A stretch of 63,525 bases of DNA, filler included, from Phoronis australis (GCA_002633005.1; 7 parts of 7 records of this genome joined end to end with filler, not necessarily neighbours in it), one strand, 5' to 3'; shown: positions 28,336 to 40,086, numbered from the whole stretch's first letter. Notes: generated by a model not told the origin, from the sequence alone. Translations and numbers: made by a program.

Positions 28336-28915
28336 GGATTCAAGTATAACATACAGGAACATATATTCTAAGAGTCACAAATTGGATAATATGGTTCTTG
28401 ATTTATGGTTTTCCCCTAAAGTTGGTGTGTAATTCACCTAAAACTTGGGCCACATTTTCTCGTTTAGCAGACTTTGTAAGGATGTTTCAGATGTTGCTCC
28501 AAAATTTTGAGGGTTGTCGAGCGGGTTACTTAGCATTATTTTATCTTAGAGACTAAGGTGGGTGAGTTGTTTAAGTGTCTCTTAATAGGTCAAAACGGGG
28601 TTTAGTATCCTTTTAAATTGTTAATCTTAACGTTGTCGATGATAACCATCATAGACTATTGCTCACTAAAAGATCCAATAGTAATTTTCTAAACTTGCTG
28701 GTGGTTCTAACTAAGTTGCATTATTTGAAAACTTTTTGACTGATATGTATGCGCATCAATCTATATTATGTTTATGTTGGCCTCTTAGGAATGTCTGTGC
28801 CTGCAAACACAGAGAGGCGAGATACATGTAGACCATTGTAGTTTAGACATTATAAGACCCTCCCTACAAGTTGTTCATAAAAGATCAACCAATAAGCTTC
28901 CATGTCGTCATCCAG

Positions 28916-29357
28916 GTACCACCAACAGTGATGGCCCAATCAACGACTGCTGCGGCTGCTTCTATCTCTGATCACAAAGCAACGACAATGTCCAGCTCCC
29001 TTTCTGCTACCACATCGTCAACGCCAACTTATGCCATGCGAGAGACCTCTGATAAACATGTTACGACAATCGCCAAATCCACAAAAGCAACTTCAGCCGT
29101 GGGACAGACCTCTGATAAGCTGACTGGAACAAAAACCACCGTCCACAACTACAATTTCTGCTGTTGGATACACCTCTGATCAGCAGGCTAGGACAAACAC
29201 CAAATCCCCAAATACCACATCGGCTGTGGGATACATGTACACCTCTGATAAGCAAAGTGGGACAACCACCAAATCAGCAAAAACAACTTCTAGCGTGGGA
29301 CAGATCTCTGATAAGCTGGCTAGGACAAGCATCAAATCCACACATACCACTCCTGGG
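28916..29357 (+). pseudogene. Mucin-like Ser/Thr-rich exon with ~60-63 bp internal repeats, frameshifted
   Basis: Acceptor CATCCAG|GTA. Repeats of type TSDK.xTTTKS.KTTS.VGQ occur in ORFs 28871 and 29226, which lie in different frames (shift near 29135). Confidence 0.4.
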
Positions 29358-30758
29358 CCCGGTCTCCAATCTCCGTACTCAGACTCGAATCATGCTCAAA
29401 CTCACACTTCATACTCAACTCGAGTACAGACTCAGCTTTGGTATATTCAATGTCATACTCGAAAAATCTGTACTCGAAATTTCGAGCACGTACTCAGTTT
29501 TCGAGTGTACTCGAACTGAAGTGTATCTCATCTATATTTCGAGAACGATTTTGAGTAAAAATTTGGAGTCTATGCTCAAATTTCAAGTTTGGTATGGCAG
29601 TGTGCTTGAAATCGTACTCGAAAATAAATACGAGCCAGAGAACAAAATATCGAAAGGGAACCAAGAAACACAGCAAATCTAAAAAAATAAATCCTCTTAC
29701 CGTATCTCAGCACTTCAACTTCANNNNNNNNNNNNNNNNNNNNNNNNNNNNNNNNNNNNNNNNNNNNTTAATTAATTAANNNNNNNNNNNNNNNNNNNNN
29801 NNNNNNNNNNNNNNNNNNNNNNNACCATGAGTGTACCATACACCTGTGCTCATTCTTCAAAGAACACAATGACACCTGAAGACGGCCATAGAAATGAAAC
29901 GTTGTGTCAGTATACATAGGCTTAAGGTTGGGGTAAATAAACAAATGGAAAAAGTAATTCTCACACGTTTCCATAAAAGATAAATAGCACAAAAAATAAT
30001 GGTTTGCCATGTTTAGCTTCTTCACCATAATTATTTCTCAGAAACTGTGAGAATTCCCAGTGTTAGATTCCCTTGAAAATGAAACCCAGGCAATTCTGCC
30101 AATTGGATTTACCCAAAATTGGTGAGATTCTATAGTAAATACAGACAACTTCTTTCCATGTGAAATATGTGAAATTTGTAAAACTAAGAAGGCATCATTT
30201 ACATCTCACACCAAATCGGACATTCCTAAGCGTGTCAGCGATGACGTAACACGTGATGGGTCCCAAACCATCATTTCTGTTATTTAAATACTTCAGAATA
30301 ACTAAAAACAGGACAGAGTTGTTTGCAGTTAGTAAAAGAGGACAGGGTGAAAACACAATGTGAAACAGCGAGATAAGAGGACATTTAGCATTAAGAAATA
30401 AATAGCACATGTCCACATTGTTGATTGTCTTGTGACATTTACAAGACATTTGACTCAGCTAGTTTGCAATAAACAAGCTATTAGCAACTTGCACTTCACA
30501 AAAAACATGAACTTAAATGGCAATAATACTATATTTGCCAGAAGATCTCTTTTTAAAGGGAAAGCAAGTGTTTTGATGATACCTTTAGCAAAAATGCAGA
30601 TCCCTGGTTATCTTGTAGACATTTTACTGTGTTAATTAAACATAAACGTTCCCATGGCAAGTATGTAAAATCCAAGAACAACAGAATGTGATGTAAACGG
30701 CCCAACAAAGGCCTGCAACTTGGTTCTCCATTCACTTGCATTGAGCAGAAACAAATGA

Positions 30759-30929
30759 CATGCAGAGACTGTTCATTGTGTGCATGCAGAGACTGTTCAT
30801 TGTGTTCATGCAGATACTGTCCATTGTGTTCATGCAGAAACAGTTCATTGTGTTCATCCAAAGACTGTTCATTGTGTTCATGCAGAGACTGTTCATTGTG
30901 TTCATGCAGAGACTGTTCATTGTGTTCAA
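30759..30929. repeat. 24-bp minisatellite, ~7 copies
   Basis: Unit CATGCAGAGACTGTTCATTGTGTT. Confidence 0.95.
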
Positions 30930-31778
30930 TAGGGAGTAGAACATCATGCTTCCTCAATGGAAGCGAGTGCAGAACAAAGATGCGGGCCTTTTGTTGGGCC
31001 AGTTACATCACTTCCTGTCGCTCCATGGATAGTAGAACAGTAATTAACGTGGAAAAATGTATTTCCAAGACAACCAGTATTTTTACTATAGCATCAAAAA
31101 TGTCTGCTATCTCCCATTAAGATCCATGAGTTGAATGCTACAAAAATTTCTACTTTAAGGGCCGTTTCAGATGAGAGGCATTGTCGCCCGAAAAGCCGAG
31201 CGACATGTCACCCGATATCAAAATGGCACGTGTAAATGATTCCACAGGTCATGAGACACATTTCAGGTGTAAGCCAACAAGTTGTGGGGAAGTTGAGCAT
31301 GTTCAACTTGGTGCAACTTTTTGGCCAACACTTGGGGAAGCGGAACGACTAAGGTAAGTGGGTTCTGACCAATCAAACATCACATTTGCATTACCAACGC
31401 TACTCAATCCCACACTTTCAGTCAGTTTTTAAACATTTCGTTCAACTAGTGCAAAATCCGCAGAAACTAACTGAAAGCTGTATGAAACTTAAAATCAAAA
31501 GATTATAATAATACCAGAAATCTCAGATAAAAACAACTACCCAACAAATTTGTTGTGATTGGACAAATCTTTCATTTGTATTTTGAATAGTGCCGTGCAT
31601 GAGAACCCTTTATCACAGACACCTTATTCAGTGCTACATGCCTGTGTAATCAGTTAGGGCTGCCAGTGACATCTCACCATAAAGACTTCTCAACTTTTCA
31701 CAATAAGAGTAATGTAGTAGGTGTTTTGGATGTAAAATCTACCAAACACAGCCTATTACAAAATAGAAGCTTACTCAC

Positions 31779-31878
31779 CAGATCGTCTTGGCTTCATCCA
31801 CTTGACAATGTTCTCATTCACCCCGTCTGTACTGTCCACTGGTGAGGCCAACATTGTGTCCAGGAGGTCAGCACGGGT
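31779..31878 (-). CDS. Isolated 100-nt exon candidate of an unidentified gene
   Basis: Minus strand CATTCATTACAG|ACC...TCTG|GTGAGTAAG has canonical splice sites and an open frame TRADLLDTMLASPVDSTDGVNENIVKWMKPRRS. Confidence 0.4.
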
Positions 31879-33353
31879 CTGTAATGAATGGGGTCAACAG
31901 ATTAGGCTGGACACAACCGACAGGCCAATGTGGACAGGACCAAGTGAACAGGGAGGACACATGGGCTAAACGACAACTGCACACTGAGAAATTCACCAAA
32001 CGGTACTAGCCAACGATCCAGTCTGTAAAAATGCGTATGAAACCCTTAGCCCACACTAGCGCTCCCTGGTGAACAGCCATCTGTTCCTCAGTCTATTCAA
32101 GTGACAAGAGGGGCCTTCTCCAACAGCACCACTGAGTGTATACTTTGTCACCCACGTGCATCTTTTGCATTAGTCAGGATTTTGAAGGTGTCGCGGCAAC
32201 CCCTACCCGCTATGTGGAACAGACCCACAAAACTATAGATGCACATGATGTCTGGGACCTGGAATGATGAACCCGAAGAGGAACACAAGACTCCAGGGCT
32301 TGTTGCTATGAAACTCCCTCCCTCCCGAGTCTCAACTTGGACAAAATCAACCTGTCAATACTCACCACAGCACTTCACCGAAACTTAAATTAAAAACGCA
32401 AACGATAGGAAATCAAAAAATTTCAAAATATGCACAAAAATATTATTTTTTACATTGCCCACAACATTATCTCTGCCCTTACCTGTTTAATACTAGCACA
32501 AAAACAATGCAGGCGGCTTCAAAAACAAGATGCAGAGAAAGTTTTATATGATAATCCGACAGTGTAATCGCACACTTGTGTCTGTTAGCATTAATCCTGG
32601 CCAAATGGTGATTGAAGACCCAAGCCTATCTCTAACCATTAGATCTGATCAAGGCCAATCAGATTATGTCACAACATCAGTTATGGCTGACATCCAGACG
32701 TGACTGATCTCTTGTTTACAACCAGAGAAACAAAAATGTGACATTTGAAGATGTCAAATAAACAAGACTTGCATAGGGTTCATGCCCATGTGAGCATCAC
32801 TGCTAGTTTTGGTGTAAACAGTCAATTAGAATCACTTAGTAAGATGGTGTTGTAGGTAATAGGCCATGATGCAGTGTTTAGTCACCCATAATGACATCTG
32901 CAGAGACTGTCATCAGTGTCTGTAAACTGTGCNNNNNNNNNNNNNNNNNNNNNNNNNNNNNNNNNNNNNNNNNNNNTTAATTAATTAANNNNNNNNNNNN
33001 NNNNNNNNNNNNNNNNNNNNNNNNNNNNNNNNCAGATAGGTCAGGAGAGTTCAACTCAGCTCGTAAGAATATGCCGGAGTTGCGAATCTGTTGTCTATAA
33101 TCTATGATAAGACAGAGAGACAGAGATCGTGTGACTCCGGAATTTAATAGTTTACAAAACAGCCACAGGCTTCGCATACCAGAAGTCAGCCATTACAATA
33201 ATGTCAGAAACGAAAACAGAACAGCTGTTCACCATGTTAGTGAGGTATTCAAAGCCGTATTCCTGGATTATATAAGGTCTGTGTTTTATTAAAAATGTGA
33301 CGTGACATGAATTTGTTGTTTGTTATTATTCTAACTGAGGTTTTAATTATTTC

Positions 33354-33609
33354 TGTTGTAATCGGCAACATCATTGGCCCTTTGTTTTTCCTGTGGCGTC
33401 TTGTGATTGGTCTGTTTTTGTGTGTTCCCCGTATGTAGGATATATAAGTCGTTGGCGCCACTGCCGGAAGGGTTTTTTTCAAGAACCGGCAATAGATATA
33501 CAAGTCCATGGTTGCTCCGCTTGGCGTCAACTGACTGACTGGCTGATATCTTCATAAAAGTAAGACAAGTACTCTTGTGCCTAACTAGTGAACCTGTAGG
33601 AATACAACA
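33354..33609 (+). repeat. 5' LTR of element A (256 bp)
   Basis: TGTTGTA...TACAACA terminal inverted repeat and TATATAA box. Very similar to 46306-46541 and less so to 40536-40779. Confidence 0.95.
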
Positions 33610-33611
33610 TT

Positions 33612-33625
33612 TGGCGTAGTCGGCA
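33612..33625 (+). promoter_or_regulatory. Primer-binding site, tRNA-Ser
   Basis: TGGCGTAGTCGGCA begins 2 nt after the LTR end and is complementary to the metazoan tRNA-Ser 3' end ...TGCCGACTACGCCA. Confidence 0.9.
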
Positions 33626-34299
33626 CTAGTTAGGGGTAACATAAGAGTATTTAACCGACTAGTTCAGACAGTCCACTTAGCGGCAATGATGCTTGATATA
33701 GACAGAAGAACGGTTATGCAGTGGAATTCGTATTTCCGTGACGAGTGTGGCCACAAATCCAAGACAGGTCGGTGGTCCTGGCATTAGAGTACAAATCAAT
33801 GAGTCTTCGATGACGTGCAGAAAGAATAACGTCGGCCACTCTGTACCAGCGCAGTGGATGTTTGGGGACTGTTACCCAACACAGGTTTTCAGATTTTTGG
33901 AACTGGTTCCTGATCAGTCCCACAGACACTGCTTCCAATCATACAGCATTACATAGCACTAGGGTCCATTCAGCCTAGTTCGGTCAAACGAGTAGGCTGT
34001 TTTGAATTTCCAAGAATGTCCTCTGGTGATTTTTTTTTACCTTGTAGTGAGCTTGATTATTGACCCTCGTCCTGAATATGATAAAGTTCAAGATCAAGAG
34101 CTGACTACTTTTAATGGTTCGTATAGAGGGACGAGAGTTAAAGCAGGCTTGTAACTGGGTTGGGTAGAACCAATCGCTGATGATGTTGATAATGTAGTAG
34201 TGCAATCTACAGGTGTCACTGCTATGTCCGAGAATGCTGATTCTTCGTCTGCCAGTCCCGATTCCTCTCAAGGGGGTAGTGCGGGGCTGTCAGCCGATG

Positions 34300-35446
34300 A
34301 GGATGGTTCCACCACTTTACCTCCAAAGCTGCTGTCACTTATTGAAACCTAAGACTGGCTTGTCTTCTAATGAGGCATCATTTCTTGAGAATCTCTTGTT
34401 AAGAGTATCCGGATGTGTTTGTGACTGACGATTTAGATCTGAGGAACTTTACAGCATTCGAACATGTCACCGTCACCAGCTCTGAACTTCCTGTCAAAAC
34501 AGCTACGAGGCGAACCCGTTTGTCTGTTTTGATTCGTAAGTCCGATGGTTCGGTGAGTTACTGTATTGACTACAGTGCTCCCAATAAATTACTAAAAAGG
34601 AAGCGTGGCCCCTTCCCTTGATTGATGAGTGTATCAACCTTCTATCTACTCCCTACCGACCCTCATCTGATGATCAGGTGGCAAAATTTAATCGTATATT
34701 GATGGATGCTGTGCGTTGTTGCATTTCCAATAGTCAGGATGACTGGGATCATTTCTTGCCGCAGATTGCATGTGCTATTATCAGGTCTTCAGTTAATAGG
34801 CAGACAGGTTACACTCCCAACATGCTTATGCTGGGCCGTGAGATATCCAGTTACTCTCATGTACCCAGTGGCATGAGGGCAGGACCCTGTTTCCCCTATT
34901 GATTTTGTTGACACTCTTCAAAAGAGAATTTCTAGTGTGCATGAAGTGGCCAGGAAGACCCTAGTCATTACCCAAGCTCGTATGAACCGCGATTACGACC
35001 TTGGGGCACATCGTCGTGATGTTGTATATATCATTGACACCGCGGTCATTAAAGGCAAACGTAAGAAACTAAGTCCACCTTGGAAAGGTCTTGGCATTGT
35101 TATTGATGTTTTTACGCCCTTTCTTTTCAGGATCTGACTTGAGAATTCTGTTTCTATGGTTAATCATGATCGTTTAAAGAGTTGTACTGATAAATTGGAA
35201 ACGTTGCCTAATTGGATTAAAAGGATGTTAGCTGTGGGTAATTCTACCAGTCCCCTTCTTGTTGATAACGACCTGTACTGTGTATGTCGCCGCCCGGATG
35301 ACGGAGGATTTATGATCCAATGTGATTCGTGCGATGAATGGTATCATGGTAGCTGTGTCGGAATAAACAGTGAGGTGGCGGCTACCATCGACAAATATTA
35401 TTGCCCTCGGTGCAAGCCTGTTAGGCGGTCTTACTTATCATGTTAA
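34300..35446 (+). pseudogene. pol: Element A pol remnant: RT N-terminus, deletion, then integrase C-terminal half with fused PHD finger
   Basis: DVFVTDDLDL..EH, VLIRKSDGSVSYCIDY and LIDECINLL (RT). At ~34646 it jumps to TPYRPSS...FNRILMD and PPWKG (IN, GPY/F), then in the same frame LYCVCRRPDDGGFMIQCDSCDEWYHGSCV...YYCPRC (C4HC3 PHD). Confidence 0.92.
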
Positions 35447-35755
35447 ATTGTTTTTATTTGTAGGTTCTCTTGTCAAGACGTAAGATTAAAGGAGAATCCC
35501 GACCTACCCGTTTTTAGGGGTAACGCAAATGCCCCTACTCAGGTAACGGTTTCAGCTGTGTCGGAATCAACAGTGAGGTGGCGGTAACCATCGACAAATA
35601 TTATTGCCCTCAGTGTAAGCCCACTAGGTGGTCTTATTCATCATGATTACTTGTTTTTATTTACTGGTTCTCTTGTCAAGATGAATGGTTAAAAGAAAAC
35701 CCTGATCTGCTAGTCTTCAAGGGCAATGCTAATGCCCCCAGTCAGGTAACAGTTG
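35351..35755 (+). repeat. Diverged 203-bp tandem duplication of the PHD 3' half and the accessory ORF start
   Basis: AGCTGTGTCGGAAT.AACAGTGAGGTGGCG at 35351 and 35554. Confidence 0.9.
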
Positions 35756-35965
35756 AAGCGGCCGTCGCCGTCATGCCAGTATCCCAGGGAGGGTATGCCG
35801 GTGCCGGTGCCATCTTTGGGTAATGGACCATTGACTTCAGTGGAAAGAGAAGGTCCAGTACCTCAGGAACCCTTCCACGCAATTCTCTTCAGAGGCGGAC
35901 CTGGACGATTCCATTTTGGATGATCCCGCGTCATCTGCCCCTGTGGCTTCAAAGTCTCGACCATT
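35464..35965 (+). pseudogene. Element A accessory ORF, N-terminal remnant (homolog of the TatD-ORF N-terminus in C)
   Basis: FSCQDVRLKENPDLP and EADLDDSILDDP match MFRCTDVRLKTNPDLP and ESDIDESVLDDDP of ORF 43588. Confidence 0.75.
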
Positions 35966-36030
35966 GGACAACTGTGAGTAGCACCGTGGAACCAATAGCC
36001 ACAATCTACAACATTTGGCGTAGCTGCAGT
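35966..36030 (+). repeat. Truncated 5' LTR (U5 stub) of element B plus degenerate tRNA-Ser PBS
   Basis: GGACAA..GTGAGTAGCACCGT.GAACCAATAGCCAC....TACAACA (ends 36013) matches 40039-40086 and is followed by TT-TGGCGTAG. Confidence 0.8.
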
Positions 36031-36314
36031 CAATGCTTGCGGTGCTTTCCCCTTGTTTACTTTCACCAGAGGCATTAAACTTAAAGTTCATAAAGTTAAG
36101 TTTCCGTCCCGGTACTACCCCATGGAGGGTGGTAACTGAAAACCACGTGGTTTCAGTTTTTCTTTAGACATTTTTGTACAGATGTACATATTTCCTTGTA
36201 CATATTATCATTTTTTAGTTTCATTATTGTTTTTTTTCCAGATGGTTAATTGTATAATTTAGTATTTTTCAGTAATTGTCTTAATTTCTCAGTGCCTTTA
36301 GAGCACCAATCACC

Positions 36315-37728
36315 ATGGCATCTAAGATCCTTATCAATTCTTGTGATGCTACAACACTGTTAGACCTTCCAGGTATGACTACTGATGTTGCTGCTGCAGT
36401 TATTTACTTCAGGGCAGTGTCAGCGATTACACCGGATAATATTACTAAGATACATTCCGCTTGGAAGCCGACCAAAACGATGCATAAACACATCGACTTC
36501 TCCATCCCATCTTGTCTGCCGGAAGATTTGGCTAAAGTTACAGAGTTGGTCGACAATTATGGTAAGGAAACACCATCGAAAATGGTTTCAGCTCCTGTTT
36601 CTTTTCCAAAATTGGCAACTAAATTTACCCCATCCAAGACCAATATTGCTACTGGTGGTGCTTAAGAAAAGACAACCTCATCTCCACATACTAGCATGTC
36701 ATTTAAGCCGTCGGGGTCTTCAGCTAATTACCTACAACATGCTCCATGCAACCTAACTTTCAGTGGTATGCTAGGCACCTGGGAAGATTTTTTCTGGAAG
36801 TTTGAAAATGTTGCCAAAGGTAACTGTTGGCCTAGCCAAAAGTGCCGTACTGAATTAGGTATGTGCTTAGAAGGAGATGCTTCTCGTTGGTTCGCCAACC
36901 ATATCAGAGCTTTAACAGATGCATCTTACAAACAGATCATCAAAGATATGACATATTGCTTTGGTGCAGAAATCAAGTGTAACGAAGTACACCAGCTTAT
37001 ATTTCAGTCAGCCAAACAAACTCCTGATGAGTCGCTTGAGCAATGAGCTGACCGCTTAACCAGTTTATTTTTATTAGCTTTTCCAGATGCTAGGGACTCT
37101 TGACAAAGATCAGGCTGTCCTTCGTTTCCGCTTGGGTTTGAAGGACAGAGATGTTGCTCAATGGACAATAAATAGTAAACCGGAATCAGTCATGGAGGCT
37201 TTGAATGCCACACGATGGTTTTCAACCACCAAAGACCTTATGACACAGTCGAGACCAACCAAGACTGTTTCTTTCTGTAGGGAAACCTTTTCAGAGGAAG
37301 AGGAGGAAGAAGTCTCGGTCCGTCAGTTAAATAAGAAGCCCACTCTTAAATTCATTCCTCGTGGCTCTTTAGAGTCTCGTTTAGATGTTCTTGAGGGTAG
37401 GTGCAACGATTTGGATACATCGGTTTCATTCCTCAAGACTGATAATATTAAACTTCACAAGAAAGTTGATGAGTTGAAATCTGACCTGTCTAAATCTCGT
37501 GCTGAAGTATCAAGCAATTTTAATAAGTTGTTTGCAATGTTGCAGTCACAGTCGCCGAAGCGACCTTCTCCGTCTTCGCCAAGAGCTTCGCCATATTCAT
37601 CTCCGGGAAGACCGTCTACTCTTCCTAGGTGTTTCAGGTGTGGTAAACTGGGGCATTACCAGTCAAGCTGTAGGAGTTCTCCAGTGGCGGCTCGACAAAT
37701 GTTCCTAGGTGACGAAGATTTAAAATGA
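36315..37728 (+). pseudogene. gag: Element B gag with N-terminal helix-hairpin-helix, capsid-like region, coiled coil and CCHC zinc knuckle
   Basis: INSCDATTLLDLPGM (HhH-like); TFSG..GTWEDF.WKFE...W...LEGDA (Gypsy capsid); CFRCGKLGHYQSSC. Broken by frameshifts at ~36660 and ~37100 and by a TGA at 37044. Confidence 0.9.
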
Positions 37729-37761
37729 TAGGGGCTGGGGGACAAGGTCTAATCCCAGTCC
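37719..37761 (+). promoter_or_regulatory. Putative -1 ribosomal frameshift signal between gag and pol
   Basis: Slippery heptamer T TTA AAA directly before the gag TGA, followed by a GGGCTGGG/CCCAGTCC stem. The -1 frame stays open for ~25 codons. Confidence 0.55.
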
Positions 37762-38172
37762 GTGCCAAGTCCAAAGACTTCCCTGATACTAAAACATAGT
37801 TGGTCTGTTGGGTTACATGAAGAAACACACGCATAATTCTTCAAAGTCTTGCAGTTCAACCAATAGTTCAGTTCTTAAAACTGCTGAATCGTGTACTCAG
37901 ACTAGTGAGTTACCTGTTGCTTTAACTGATGAAGTCGTGCCTGTACATAGTTCCGCTAACAGAGCTGAAGTATCAGACTCATTGGTTTCCGCTAATAGTT
38001 TCATTCCTCAGAATGTTGTAAGTAGTTTCACCTGACCTCCCACCAACTCCAGGGGAGCTGTCTCAGGTTCAACCGGCTGAGGCGTTGGGTGTGGCTGTTG
38101 TGTTATTCCTACGATACCAACTGTGGACCCTGTTCTGGAAAGATATAGATAACGAAAACTGCTCCTGGGAGT

Positions 38173-39490
38173 ATGTACTACATACCTATCATCATCAACG
38201 GTACAAGTATCAGTGTGGTTATTGATTGTGGTGCGGATAGAACTATTATCTCTCACCGGTTGTTCAAACTATTGACTGATGTGGTGTTTTCTCATGACAT
38301 CAATGTCCATACTGCTGGCGAAGATCTATCTAAGAAAGGTTTCTGCACTAAACCTGTCACTTTATCGATAGGTGACCAGTTGTATCAATCTTCGGTAGTT
38401 GTGGCCAACATCAGCGATGATTGCCTTTTATGCCTTGATTTAATGAAGCAGTTATTGATATGAAATCAGATTCCATAACTTTCGCTGACAAGACCTTAGT
38501 TATGAATTATGGAGTTCCTAGTAAATACCAGCCTTCTGTTAAGCTGTCAAAAGGTGTCGATATTCCAGCAAATATGGTTAAGCGAGTGGACTGTATAACT
38601 TGTCCAACACAGTATATTTTGAACCAAGCTTAACCATTGGCTCTCGAGTTATGATCCCTCGAGCTCTGCTTAATACGGAAATCTCCCCAGTTTTATTTAT
38701 TTTCAATTCTTCGGAGCACCATGTCAAGTTGAAGGCTGACTCTGTCTTGGGTTACTTAGATTACATGGAAGACTGGGAAGAGTGTCCTGTGGACCGGCCG
38801 CCTACCTAAGAGAGTGAAACTGTCGTCAAGCAACTGTCTGCCGGTTCTGGTGATTCATCTGTTGGTGTAAGTCCAGTGAGTGAACTTCCTGAAAAGGTGG
38901 ACAGTCTGTATAACAAACCTAAAGATTTACTAACTGAGGGACAATCGTCTAAACTGTATCAATTATTACTAAGTTAGTCAGACGTTTTTGTAGCAGACGA
39001 CCTTGATCTTGGTAATTTTACAGCAGTTGAGCACAGTGTTGACACAGGCGATGCCCAACCTATCAAAATGGCTATGCGGCGTACACCAAGATGTTTTGTG
39101 GCAGAAGAAGAGAGTCCCCTTAACAAGATGCTTAAAGCTGGTGTAATTGTTCCTTCTTCTAGCGAATGGGCTGCAGATCCTGTTCTGATTCGTAAAAAAT
39201 TGATGGGTCAGTTTGTTACTACATTGATTATAGAAAACTGAATAATGTCACTAGAAAAGATTCATGGCCTTTACCTCTCATTGATGAGTGTATTGACTTA
39301 CTGTCTGATAACAAGTGGTTCAGTAAGCTAGATGCCAATTCTGCCTATTGGCAAGTTAAAATCCATGAAACCACATATGGGTTATTTGAGTTCAATGCCA
39401 TTTGGACTCTGTGGTGCGTCTTCTACGTTTTCCAGAGGAATGAGTTTAGTTCTCAGAGGTTTAAATTGGCACACAGTTCTTGCATTTTTA
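38173..39490 (+). pseudogene. pol: Element B pol remnant: aspartic protease and RT N-terminal half, truncated just before the catalytic DD
   Basis: VVIDCGADRTII (protease); IDYRKLNNVTRKDSWPLPLIDEC, FSKLDANSAYWQV and MPFGLCGASSTF..M..VLRGL.W..VLAFL (RT). Multiple stops and frameshifts. Confidence 0.92.
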
Positions 39491-39826
39491 GTACAAAGTA
39501 GTCTAGTTAACAGTTAGGGTACTAGACCTGCCAGTTTCTTTAGTTCATTTTTTGTTTTTTTCTTGTTTTGACTTTTTGCCATGGTAATGGCTCAGTTTTT
39601 CTAAGGTTTTATAATTTAGTTTAGTACCCACAGTCACATTGTTTTTTTATAAATAGTTTAGTTTACCGGACACCATAGTTTTGTACTAACTTGTCTCCTT
39701 TATCGAGGCTGTTAGTCCACTAACTGTCATTTAGATAGGGAGGGAGGAGTAGTTATAGTTTTTTTAGTTTTCTTTTTCACATTCACTCCTCCTTAGTTTT
39801 TTTCAATGAGTTTGTTAGTCAATTTT

Positions 39827-39840
39827 AGGGAGGGGAGGAG
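39827..39840 (+). promoter_or_regulatory. Polypurine tract of element B
   Basis: AGGGAGGGGAGGAG directly abuts TGTTGT at 39841. Confidence 0.85.
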
Positions 39841-40086
39841 TGTTGTGAACTTAGGTAGGTACTTGTTGTTGTGCCTCAATGCGTCTGTCCTTGGTCGTCT
39901 GAGTGTTTATGGTGGACCGGATGTAGTTCATAGTTTATATCACGTGAATGGGGAAATGCTGGACCTGCTCGTGTCGTCCTTCCTGAGTGAAGGACGTGTA
40001 TTCAACGCCTATATAAGTGTAAAGACAAGTCAAGAAATGGACAATGGTGAGTAGCACCGTCGAACCAATAGCCACTAATTACAACA
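39841..40086 (+). repeat. 3' LTR of element B (246 bp, distinct LTR family)
   Basis: TGTTGT...ACAACA termini, TATATAA box and upstream PPT; its 3' end matches the stub at 35966-36013. Confidence 0.85.

Noticed and set aside
30759-30929. CRISPR-like periodicity
   Set aside because: Repeats are contiguous with no unique spacers; eukaryotic context and no cas genes
30553-31120. Cys-rich (metallothionein-like) and His/Glu-rich ORFs
   Set aside because: By-products of a 24-bp minisatellite that is open in several frames; no independent gene evidence
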